Shown here piece after piece: positions 17,445 to 24,930 of a stretch of 32,000 bases of DNA. The stretch spans positions 900,001 through 932,000 of the forward strand of contig NC_010628.1 of NCBI RefSeq assembly GCF_000020025.1, given 5' to 3'. The notes beneath the pieces were generated by a model. It was given only the letters and a program-made list of their open reading frames with translations. It was not told where the DNA came from and ran no database searches. This stretch comes from Nostoc punctiforme PCC 73102 (GTDB taxonomy: Bacteria; Cyanobacteriota; Cyanobacteriia; Cyanobacteriales; Nostocaceae). A program made the translations under genes and the position numbers. The first letter of the stretch is position 1; the number at the start of each line of letters is the position of its first letter.

Positions 17445-19874
17445 ATGAAGAATTTATGGCAAAATATTAATATTTTTAGCTGGGGACTTCTCGGTGCGAC
17501 ATTAGTACTTCAACCTACAGTAGCGCAAGCTCAATATATCCAGCGATCGTTCCTAAACCCCAGCTTTGAGCAACCTGTATTTGGTAATGTTGGTCAACAA
17601 TGTTACGTTCAAGTATCGCCAGGTATTATCCCTGGTTGGGAAACGACTCATGGCTCAGTCAAGGCGGGAACAGGTACTTGTAGTGGTTATGTATCTCCAG
17701 GAAATGTACCACTGATTGAGATTTGGAAAACAGGATTTAATGGTGCTAGCACAGCAACGATACCAACTAGTGCAGGAAATCAATTTGCTGAGTTAAATGC
17801 AGAGCAAAATTCTGAGTTGTATCAGAATATATGCCTAATTAAAGATGAGACAATTACCTTCTCTCTTTTACATCGTGGGCGGTCAAGCTCATCTGTGGCT
17901 GATGTGGCCAATTTTTTAATTGGACTAAATACCAATCCAACATCAACTATTTTTGGCAGATTCTCAACAACTAGCAATGGAACAGTTACGGCACAACCAG
18001 TAGCACAGAATGGTGCAACTATTCCTACTGTAACTAACAATAATGCAGGAAATGGCTGGGTAAGATACACTGGTACAGTGCCTTACACTGGTGCTAGTGG
18101 GAATCAACCTGTAGGATTTGCGGCTGTTTCCACGGCGGGCGGAAACAATACTATAGGCAACTTCCTTGATGAAGTCCAATTTGCTGGTAAACCGGTGCTT
18201 GAGTTCACGGCGAGTTCAGGTGGTGCAGCAGAATCGGAAACTAACCCTACTACTAACCCACCTAAACTTAGGATTGTTGGTTTAGTGCCAACTGGTGGGA
18301 TCAGTGTTTCAATTTCAGTTTCTGGTACAGCCGTTTTGGGTACAGACTACAACACAATATCAAACACATCCACTTTTAATATCAATATTCCTGCGGGCAA
18401 CTACGACGGCAGTGATGCTACTAGTGTCTTTACCATTCCTTTTACTGTTATTAACAATAACGTTCCTCAAGGTGTGAGGACAATCGTATTCACTATACAA
18501 CCTTCATCTAGTTTTTTCGCCAGTTCAACAACAACTTGTGGCGGTTCCCCAACGATCGCTTCTAGCTACACAATTTATGATGATGATTTCCTCAGTGGTA
18601 AGGTTTGGGATGATGCCGATAATAGCGCTAACAATACTTTTACTAATATCAATACTGGCTCAGAAACTGGCACTAATGCTGGTGGATTGTTAAATGCTAT
18701 TCTTGTAGATTCTAATAATAAAGTATTAAAAACAATACCTGTTGCAGCAGATGGTACTTACACCTTTCTCGATGTTCCCCTGAATCAAAACAACGTTAAA
18801 ATTATCTTGAGTACAACTGCTGGCACTGTAGGTAATACTGCCCCTGCACCATCCCTCCCTTCTAACTGGATCAACACTAGCCCACTAACGACAGCTACTT
18901 TTAATACTGGTACAAACATCTCTAGTAAGGACTTTGGAATTGAGCAGTTACCTGATACTAACAATGTCAATGGATCGACAACAACAAATCCAGGGGGAAC
19001 CAATACTGTACAAGTACCAACATTATCAGGCACTGACCCGGAAGATGGGAACCTTAGTTCTGGCAACAGTTTCAAGATTGTTAGTCTGCCAAGTAATGGG
19101 ACACTGTACTACAACGGTGTAGCTGTGACAGCGAATCAAATTATTACTAATTACGATTCGACCAAATTAACAGTAGATCCGAATATAGATGGCGCTATAA
19201 CCATCACTTTCACTGTAGCCGCAATAGACAAAGCAGGCAAAGAAGATCCCACACCTGCTACGGTAACTATGCCATTAACTGCGTCATCATCTGGCAAACC
19301 TCAGTTAATTTTAGTTAAACGCATCACCCGAATTAACAGCCAGAATTTAACCAACATTGTAGATGGTCGCAGCGACGTTCCTTCTAATGCTGCTAACTAC
19401 GTAGCATCTCCACGTGACACTGATGATGATAGTAGTAACACTTGGCCCACTAATTACTTGCGCGGATTGATTAACGCTGGGATAGTCAAACCAGGAGATG
19501 AGTTAGAGTACACTATCTACTTCCTTTCCAATGGTCTAGGTAATGCAACTAATGTTCAAATCTGTGATTTAGTTCCTGTCAATAGTACTTTTATTCCTAC
19601 TGCCTTTAGTAGTATGACTCCTAATGATGGTGGTTTAGCAGGAGCAGATCAAGGTATTGCTCTTGCGCTTAGTTCTAGCACTCCTACGGTTTATCTGACT
19701 AATGCCCAAGATGCAGATCGCGGACGTTTTTATACTGCTAACGAGACAGTCCCATCTTACTGCGGCGCTAACATCAATGGGGCAGTGGTGGTGAATATTA
19801 CACGGAGTCCAGATTTACCCAATCTCGTCAAAGATTTTTACGGTTTTGTCCGTTTTCGCGCTAAGGTGAAATAG
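17445..19874 (+). CDS. Secreted multi-domain surface protein: lectin/jelly-roll-like N-domain, Calx-beta, SdrD-B-like, Ig/cadherin-like and C-terminal DUF11
   Basis: Signal MKNLWQNINIFSWGLLGATLVLQPTVAQA. FLNPSFEQP...PGWET...IEIWKTGF...GNQFAELNAEQNSELYQ. Calx-beta motif SGTAVLGTDY. GKVWDDADNS...DGTYTFLDVP. DUF11 core PGDELEYTIYFLSNGLGNATNVQICDLVP. Confidence 0.8.
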   Translation: MKNLWQNINIFSWGLLGATLVLQPTVAQAQYIQRSFLNPSFEQPVFGNVGQQCYVQVSPGIIPGWETTHGSVKAGTGTCSGYVSPGNVPLIEIWKTGFNGASTATIPTSAGNQFAELNAEQNSELYQNICLIKDETITFSLLHRGRSSSSVADVANFLIGLNTNPTSTIFGRFSTTSNGTVTAQPVAQNGATIPTVTNNNAGNGWVRYTGTVPYTGASGNQPVGFAAVSTAGGNNTIGNFLDEVQFAGKPVLEFTASSGGAAESETNPTTNPPKLRIVGLVPTGGISVSISVSGTAVLGTDYNTISNTSTFNINIPAGNYDGSDATSVFTIPFTVINNNVPQGVRTIVFTIQPSSSFFASSTTTCGGSPTIASSYTIYDDDFLSGKVWDDADNSANNTFTNINTGSETGTNAGGLLNAILVDSNNKVLKTIPVAADGTYTFLDVPLNQNNVKIILSTTAGTVGNTAPAPSLPSNWINTSPLTTATFNTGTNISSKDFGIEQLPDTNNVNGSTTTNPGGTNTVQVPTLSGTDPEDGNLSSGNSFKIVSLPSNGTLYYNGVAVTANQIITNYDSTKLTVDPNIDGAITITFTVAAIDKAGKEDPTPATVTMPLTASSSGKPQLILVKRITRINSQNLTNIVDGRSDVPSNAANYVASPRDTDDDSSNTWPTNYLRGLINAGIVKPGDELEYTIYFLSNGLGNATNVQICDLVPVNSTFIPTAFSSMTPNDGGLAGADQGIALALSSSTPTVYLTNAQDADRGRFYTANETVPSYCGANINGAVVVNITRSPDLPNLVKDFYGFVRFRAKVK

Positions 19875-19887
19875 CTTTGAGGAAGAA

Positions 19888-19927
19888 AAAAGGTTAAATA
19901 TGAGGTTCCTTTTCCCCTTAACCTTTT
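19888..19927. terminator. Candidate bidirectional hairpin between the convergent cluster end and miaB
   Basis: AAAAGGTTAA (19888-19897) pairs with TTAACCTTTT (19918-19927), with a 20-nt loop. Confidence 0.3.
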
Positions 19928-19944
19928 GCCTTTACCCCTCTTGT

Positions 19945-21315
19945 TTATACTGGTATGGCTTGTCTCACTTCAACTGGTTGACCAGTCAAGCTAAAAGGAC
20001 GAACTTCGGTAATTTTTACCTTCACTAACTGCCCTTTCAACTCTTTAATGTCTCCACTGAAGAATGTCAGACGATTGCCATCAGTGCGTCCCATCACCTG
20101 GGTTTGGTCTTTAGGATTCTGGTCTTCTACTAAAACTTCTTCGATGCGTCCGAAGTAACGTTGCGATCGCTCGGCTACTTTCAAGTTTCCTAGATGATTG
20201 AGCCTTTGGAGGCGATCGCTTTTAACTTCTTCACTTAGTTGATTGTCCCACAAAGCGGCAGGTGTCCCTGGACGCGGTGAATATGCTGCTGTATTCAACA
20301 TATCAAAGCCAATATCTTCCACCAGTTTCAGAGTATTTTCAAACTGTGCTTCTGTCTCCCCAGGAAAACCAACAATCGCATCGGCACTAATGGAAGCATC
20401 TGGCATATACCGCCGAATGGTATCGATAATCCGGCGATATTTTTCATGGGTATAACCCCGCGCCATTGCCTTCAAAAGTTCATTATCCCCAGATTGAAAG
20501 GGAATGTGGAAGTGTTTGCAGACTTTGGGTAACTCAGCGCAAGCCTTAATTAATCTCTCTGTAAAATAACGGGGATGACTAGTAGCAAATCTTAATCTTT
20601 CAATTCCCGGCACATCATGGACGTAATAAAGTAAATCTGTGAAGTTGTGCAGATGCCGACCTTCTGGTGTTGTTCCTGGTAAATCTCTACCGTAAGCGTC
20701 AATATTTTGACCAAGTAAAGTAATTTCCTTGTAACCTTGCCGTCCTAATTCTTCCATTTCAGCCCGGATAGCTGACGGTGTGCGCGATTGTTCAATACCT
20801 CGCACATTAGGAACCACGCAATAGGTGCAGCGTTCGTTACAGCCGTAAATCACATTTACCCAAGCTGTGACTTTACTATCCCGTCGTGGTTGGGTGATAT
20901 CTTCAATAATATGAACAGACTCGGTTGCGACAACTTGGTTGCCGTCAAACACCGACTCCAGCAAATCTTTGAGGCGATTGGCGTGTTGTGGCCCCATTAC
21001 CAAGTCTAATTCTGGAACTCGCCGCAATAGCGCTTCGCCTTCTTGCTGGGCAACACAGCCAGCAACTATAAGGGTTAAATCAGGCTGATCATGTTTGCGC
21101 TTCGCTTGTCTGCCAAGGTAAGAATATACCTTTTGCTCGGCATTATCCCGAATTGTGCAGGTATTGTAGAGAATTACATCTGCATTATTCGGATCTTCTG
21201 ACCATTCAAAGCCCATGTCTTCCAAAACGCCAGCCATGCGCTCTGAGTCAGCTTTATTCATCTGACAACCGAAGGTAGTGATGTGGTAGTGGCGTTTAGA
21301 AGTGGTCATGGGCAA
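19945..21315 (-). CDS. miaB: tRNA-i6A37 methylthiotransferase MiaB (radical SAM)
   Basis: N-terminal TFGCQMN. Radical-SAM cluster motif [13 protein letters not shown]-terminal TRAM-like region. 456 aa. Confidence 0.93.
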   Translation of the reverse strand: MPMTTSKRHYHITTFGCQMNKADSERMAGVLEDMGFEWSEDPNNADVILYNTCTIRDNAEQKVYSYLGRQAKRKHDQPDLTLIVAGCVAQQEGEALLRRVPELDLVMGPQHANRLKDLLESVFDGNQVVATESVHIIEDITQPRRDSKVTAWVNVIYGCNERCTYCVVPNVRGIEQSRTPSAIRAEMEELGRQGYKEITLLGQNIDAYGRDLPGTTPEGRHLHNFTDLLYYVHDVPGIERLRFATSHPRYFTERLIKACAELPKVCKHFHIPFQSGDNELLKAMARGYTHEKYRRIIDTIRRYMPDASISADAIVGFPGETEAQFENTLKLVEDIGFDMLNTAAYSPRPGTPAALWDNQLSEEVKSDRLQRLNHLGNLKVAERSQRYFGRIEEVLVEDQNPKDQTQVMGRTDGNRLTFFSGDIKELKGQLVKVKITEVRPFSLTGQPVEVRQAIPV

Positions 21316-21501
21316 TTCTGCTTAATCAGCGTAATGTATGTAAGGTTTATTTTTATTCTAACCCGCATAACGCAGTGTCTCCTCTCTACTCGCTGTCTCA
21401 ACCCTAGGATTTTACATTGACCAGATGCGATTAATTATGTCTGATCAATGCCGTTGTTTTTTAACCAGAGGAAGGAACGCAGAGGTAACGCTGTGGGGTT
21501 A

Positions 21502-22935
21502 TTAGGCTGGGTTCCAAGTGCCGTGGAAGCTGTGGGGGATGACGCTGGGTAATCCTAGTTTGCAAACGGGTTCGGCATCCAGGCGATCGCTATCAAATAT
21601 CCAAACTTCGCTAGTATGAGAATTAGCATCGTAGACAACGGTTAACACCCAACTTTGTGCAGGGTTTTGGGTATTTTGGGCGTGGATGGGTTCTGAAGGA
21701 TAACGATTTTCTCCAAAGTCTGCTTCGGTGAGGGTTTCGGTTTTGTTATCGAAGCGGGCGATCGCATTTAATATTTCTTGACTAATATCTGTTCCTGAAC
21801 GGGATGTTGACATATATGTGTAGCGGGAAGCTTGCCCCACGTTTTGCTGTGGTACATTCGGAAATTCGCAGTGTCCGTTGAATAGCTGCTGAATTGACGT
21901 AACTTTACCAGTTTGGGGATGCAGATGAACTCGCGTTAGTGTACTTTTAGCTGGGGTGTGAGTTTCACCTGTAGCTACTTCCTTAAGATATTGGTTAGTT
22001 TGAAAATCTTCAAAACGGGCGATATCCACAATCACTGAGCCGCTAGCATCTACATAACCGTTACCAAAATGCCATTGGAACCAAGGTTCGGTTTCTCCAC
22101 GACTGACTACAGATAAGGTTTCTCGATCAATAACTAAAATCTGAGTTCCTAATCTAGGTTGCCACTCTAGCGAATCACTATAGTTGTTTATCCCTATTAG
22201 CAGGGGTAAGACATTCAACCGCACTGGCGGAATGAAAAATACAAGATACTGTCCTGCTAAAACAAAATCATGCACCAATGGTACACCATCTAGCTGATAT
22301 GCGGCTTGTTTGATAATCCGGCCAGTGGAATCGCTTTTGTAAATATTAAGTGTCGCATTTTGCCCAGGGCTGATGCCAAAGTTAAAAATCTCCCCTGTTT
22401 GCTTGTCACGCTTATAATGTGCGGAATAGTTTAATCCTTTTGTTAATCCCCCTAAATGATCTTCGCCCCAAGTTTCTAAAGTTTGTAAATCGAGGGCGTG
22501 GGGTTTACCACCTTCCCACAGTGCCAAAAGTTTATCTGGAAGTGCTAGCACGGAGGTGTTGGCAGCATTTTTGATGGGCTTTTGCCATTGATTCCAAATT
22601 GGCCCTGGTGCAGTCATCCCATAATTGCCGTAGAGTAGTTTACCTGCTGCGGCTTCTTCTTGATAGCCAGAGGTTTGCACGTAGCGATAAACCCCCGTTG
22701 CAACTGCATCAGTAAAATTTACAGCCAGAATTGCCCCATCTCCATCAAACCAGTGTCCCATGTGAATGCCACCGCGTCCTAGCCGTGCGGGGCCATTGCG
22801 GTAAAGAGTGCCACGCAATCCATCTGGGATTTTGCCAGAGATAATTGGCAGTTGGGTAGAGGGAAATTCTTTTGCTGGTTGTACGATCGCACCTGCCCAG
22901 GCTTTTGTTGTTGACTTTTTCTCAATGGTATGCAT
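21502..22935 (-). CDS. Carotenoid/apocarotenoid cleavage oxygenase family protein
   Basis: ~477 aa with family-typical conserved His contexts (HWFDGDG, HDFV, WHFGNGY, HSFHGTW). The start at ATG 22935 (MHTIEKK) is preferred over the upstream ATG at 22977. Confidence 0.88.
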   Translation of the reverse strand: MHTIEKKSTTKAWAGAIVQPAKEFPSTQLPIISGKIPDGLRGTLYRNGPARLGRGGIHMGHWFDGDGAILAVNFTDAVATGVYRYVQTSGYQEEAAAGKLLYGNYGMTAPGPIWNQWQKPIKNAANTSVLALPDKLLALWEGGKPHALDLQTLETWGEDHLGGLTKGLNYSAHYKRDKQTGEIFNFGISPGQNATLNIYKSDSTGRIIKQAAYQLDGVPLVHDFVLAGQYLVFFIPPVRLNVLPLLIGINNYSDSLEWQPRLGTQILVIDRETLSVVSRGETEPWFQWHFGNGYVDASGSVIVDIARFEDFQTNQYLKEVATGETHTPAKSTLTRVHLHPQTGKVTSIQQLFNGHCEFPNVPQQNVGQASRYTYMSTSRSGTDISQEILNAIARFDNKTETLTEADFGENRYPSEPIHAQNTQNPAQSWVLTVVYDANSHTSEVWIFDSDRLDAEPVCKLGLPSVIPHSFHGTWNPA

Positions 22936-23123
22936 ATCAAATTTTGGTTGATAAATTATCGATGTACATACCTGCATTCTTACATTTTCATCTTTGTTGC
23001 AGTTTTTGAAATGATATTACTCGTTAACTGAGGTAGCTCATAGTAACCAATAGGAATAATCACTAAAGTGAAGTCAATCAAGATTCTAAGTGGTTCAAAA
23101 ACTATGGTTAGCCAACAAACAAT

Positions 23124-24126
23124 AGAGTTGTCGGGAAATAAAAGATAAGTGAGGCAATGCTGGTCTTGTAATTGGGATTCTCTTAAGCAGCCATCAAGTA
23201 GAAGTTCCATAATCCTGCTGCGGTCAGCATCAAATGGTCATCAAAGTTTTCAATCCGATTACGATAAATGACACTGGCGGCGTTGTAGCGCTTCACACCA
23301 GCAAAGGCATTTTCGCAAACTACACGGGATTGACTCAATTGACGATTCTCCGTTTTTTGAAGGTCACTTAACTTGCCCCCTTTGGGCTTTTTGTGAGGAA
23401 GATGGAGATTGTCATACTGCTTCTGTAATCCCTGAAAGCCCGAGTCTACTTCAATCGGAATTTCATCAGGCACACTACCTGCAATGTCATCTTCGTCATG
23501 AAAACGTTTGTCATGCAGTTTGCCTTCTCGTGCTTTGCTTAAGATCAAGACCCGTTTGGTTTCATCAACTGCCGCCAAGTGTTTACGCGTATGACGTTTC
23601 TTTTTACCGGAGTAATTCTGTTGTTGTTGTTCTCTTTCTTGAGGTCGCGCAATTGGGCGTTCTGTCCCATCAATCATCACTCGTTGCACTCCTGGAAAGC
23701 GTGACAAAAATGCTTCAATGCTTTCGAGATGGCGTTCCGGCAGCGCCATCTTCTGTCCCAAAGCCGCTTCTAATATTGGCTGCAATCGATGCATCCACTC
23801 ATGTGCCTGGGAGCGATGCATATCAAAGAGCAGTCCCGCCACATCAAAGGTCGGATAACATTTGAAATAGAAAAGGATGAAAAACAATTTGTCTTGGGCT
23901 GTAAGTAAGCGGGCTTTGCGTCCTCCACCCAGGCCACGTTGACGAGGCTTGGCCTGTTGAGTATCTAGGTACATCGTGGTAAACGTGGGCAAAAGGGCAT
24001 CAAATGCTTTCCGGTTCAACCCAGTTAATGCCCTCAACAGTCGGTCTTGCTTCAGCGCACCTTCAATATTCAGCATCATTCTTCCCTACCACTGCTGTCT
24101 ATTCTCTCTTATTTCCCGACAAGTCT
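23124..24126 (-). mobile_element. IS element (~1.0 kb), IS5-family / Harbinger-like (DDE_Tnp_4-type transposase)
   Basis: Inverted repeats AGAGTTGTCGGGAAATAA (23124-) and the reverse complement of ...TTATTTCCCGACAAGTCT (-24126), 17 of 18 bp matching. Flanking direct repeat AAT (23121-23123 and 24127-24129). Boundaries are ambiguous by +/-2 nt because AATAG is shared on both sides. Confidence 0.8.
23183..24079 (-). CDS. DDE transposase (HTH_Tnp_4 + DDE_Tnp_4-like)
   Basis: 298 aa with motifs MIDGTERPI, YSGKKKRHTRK, VDSGFQGL, PHKKPKGGKL and NRQLSQSRVVCENAFAGVKRY. Confidence 0.9.
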   Translation of the reverse strand: MMLNIEGALKQDRLLRALTGLNRKAFDALLPTFTTMYLDTQQAKPRQRGLGGGRKARLLTAQDKLFFILFYFKCYPTFDVAGLLFDMHRSQAHEWMHRLQPILEAALGQKMALPERHLESIEAFLSRFPGVQRVMIDGTERPIARPQEREQQQQNYSGKKKRHTRKHLAAVDETKRVLILSKAREGKLHDKRFHDEDDIAGSVPDEIPIEVDSGFQGLQKQYDNLHLPHKKPKGGKLSDLQKTENRQLSQSRVVCENAFAGVKRYNAASVIYRNRIENFDDHLMLTAAGLWNFYLMAA

Positions 24127-24587
24127 AATAGATATCGTCAAATCTACAGCACCTGTTTTGAAAAAGAACGGTCAGCAAATCACAACTCGGATGTATGAAA
24201 TCATGTTTCAAAATCATCCAGAAGTCAAAGAACAATTTAGTATGGCGGCTCAAGCAGATGGTTCTCAGCCTGCAAGATTAGCAACAGCAGTTTATAGTTA
24301 TGCTAACCAAATTGATAATTTGCCTGCTTTAAAGTCGATGGTAGAGAAGATTGCCCATCGTCATGTGCAGACTCATGTTACACCAGAGCAATATCCTATT
24401 GTCGGAGAAAGTTTACTGCAAGCCATGAAAGATGTTTTGGGAGAAGCTGCTACAGAAGAAGTGATGGCAGCTTGGACTGAAGCTTATCAGGCATTATCTG
24501 AAGTGTTTATTCACAGAGAACATGATATATATGTGGGTGAAGATAAAAAAGCACAGCTTTTGCATTCTTAAGGACAAGACTTAGTGT

Positions 24588-24856
24588 CATAACAACAGCT
24601 TGAAGGTTTGTTACAACAACTTCAATGTTTATAACAACAGCTTGAGGGTTTGTTACAACAACTTCAATGTTTATAACAACAGCTTGAGGGTTTGTTACAA
24701 CAACTTCAATGTTTATAACAACAGCTTAAGCATTCATAACAATAGCTTAAATTGTATTAACAACAGCTTCAATTTTACTTATAACAACTGGAGTTGTAGT
24801 AACTACAGCTTGAGCATTTGTTACAACAACTTAAATTCTGCTAATGAAAGCTTTTA
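24588..24856. repeat. Tandem array with 21-nt periodicity: three near-perfect 42-nt units followed by ~6 degenerate 21-nt units
   Basis: ATAACAACAGCTTGAGGGTTT + GTTACAACAACTTCAATGTTT occurs three times (24589-24714), then diverged copies (ATAACAATAGCTT..., TTAACAACAGCTT..., GTAACTACAGCTT..., GTTACAACAACTT...). It lies between convergent genes. Confidence 0.9.
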
Positions 24857-24930
24857 GCGTAGCGACTTCAGCAAGCGAAAACTCTTCTAAATATATTTTT
24901 GTTAGCTTCTTCTATTTTTTTTATTGTTGC

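Larger units (their letters stand above)
23104..24571 (+). pseudogene. Hmp/Vitreoscilla-type single-domain globin interrupted by an IS after codon 7
   Basis: 5' piece ATG GTT AGC CAA CAA ACA ATA (MVSQQTI, 23104-23124). 3' piece from 24131: DIVKSTAPVLKKNGQQITTRMYEIMFQNHPEVKEQF...VEKIAHRH...PEQYPIVGESLL...AWTEAYQALSEVFIHRE. Joining them restores MVSQQTIDIVKSTAPVL, about 153 aa. Confidence 0.85.

Noticed and set aside
8709-19122. Many 60-111-aa ORFs on either strand within the cluster genes (e.g. 8709-8951, 9222-9461, 12652-12909, 14687-15022, 17822-18070, 18785-19075)
   Set aside because: All are nested in long ORFs with strong domain signatures. They are typical alternative-frame artefacts of repetitive T/N/G-rich coding sequence.
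8196-19874. Classifying the cluster as a classical chaperone-usher pilus operon
   Set aside because: No PapD-like two-domain chaperone gene is present. The subunits are large multi-domain DUF11 proteins rather than ~150-aa incomplete-Ig pilins, and I could not recognise usher motifs. I therefore kept only 'usher-like' as a hypothesis.
22936-22977. Upstream ATG (MQVCTSIIYQPKFD...) as the start of the carotenoid oxygenase
   Set aside because: The extra 14 residues are not family-like. I consider the ATG at 22935 more plausible, though this remains uncertain.
22980-23210. 76-aa minus-strand ORF
   Set aside because: It spans the IS end, the globin 5' fragment and the intergenic region. It is a chimeric, composition-driven ORF.
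24047-24130. ATG at 24047 as the native start of the globin ORF
   Set aside because: These codons lie inside the IS, antisense to the transposase start. The true globin N-terminus (MVSQQTI) is found on the other side of the IS at 23104.
24600-24857. 85-aa ORF (MKVCYNNFNVYNNSLRVCYNNF...)
   Set aside because: It is just the translation of the 21/42-nt tandem array. It starts at a non-ATG codon (CTT in the track), has no RBS, and lies between two convergent stops.
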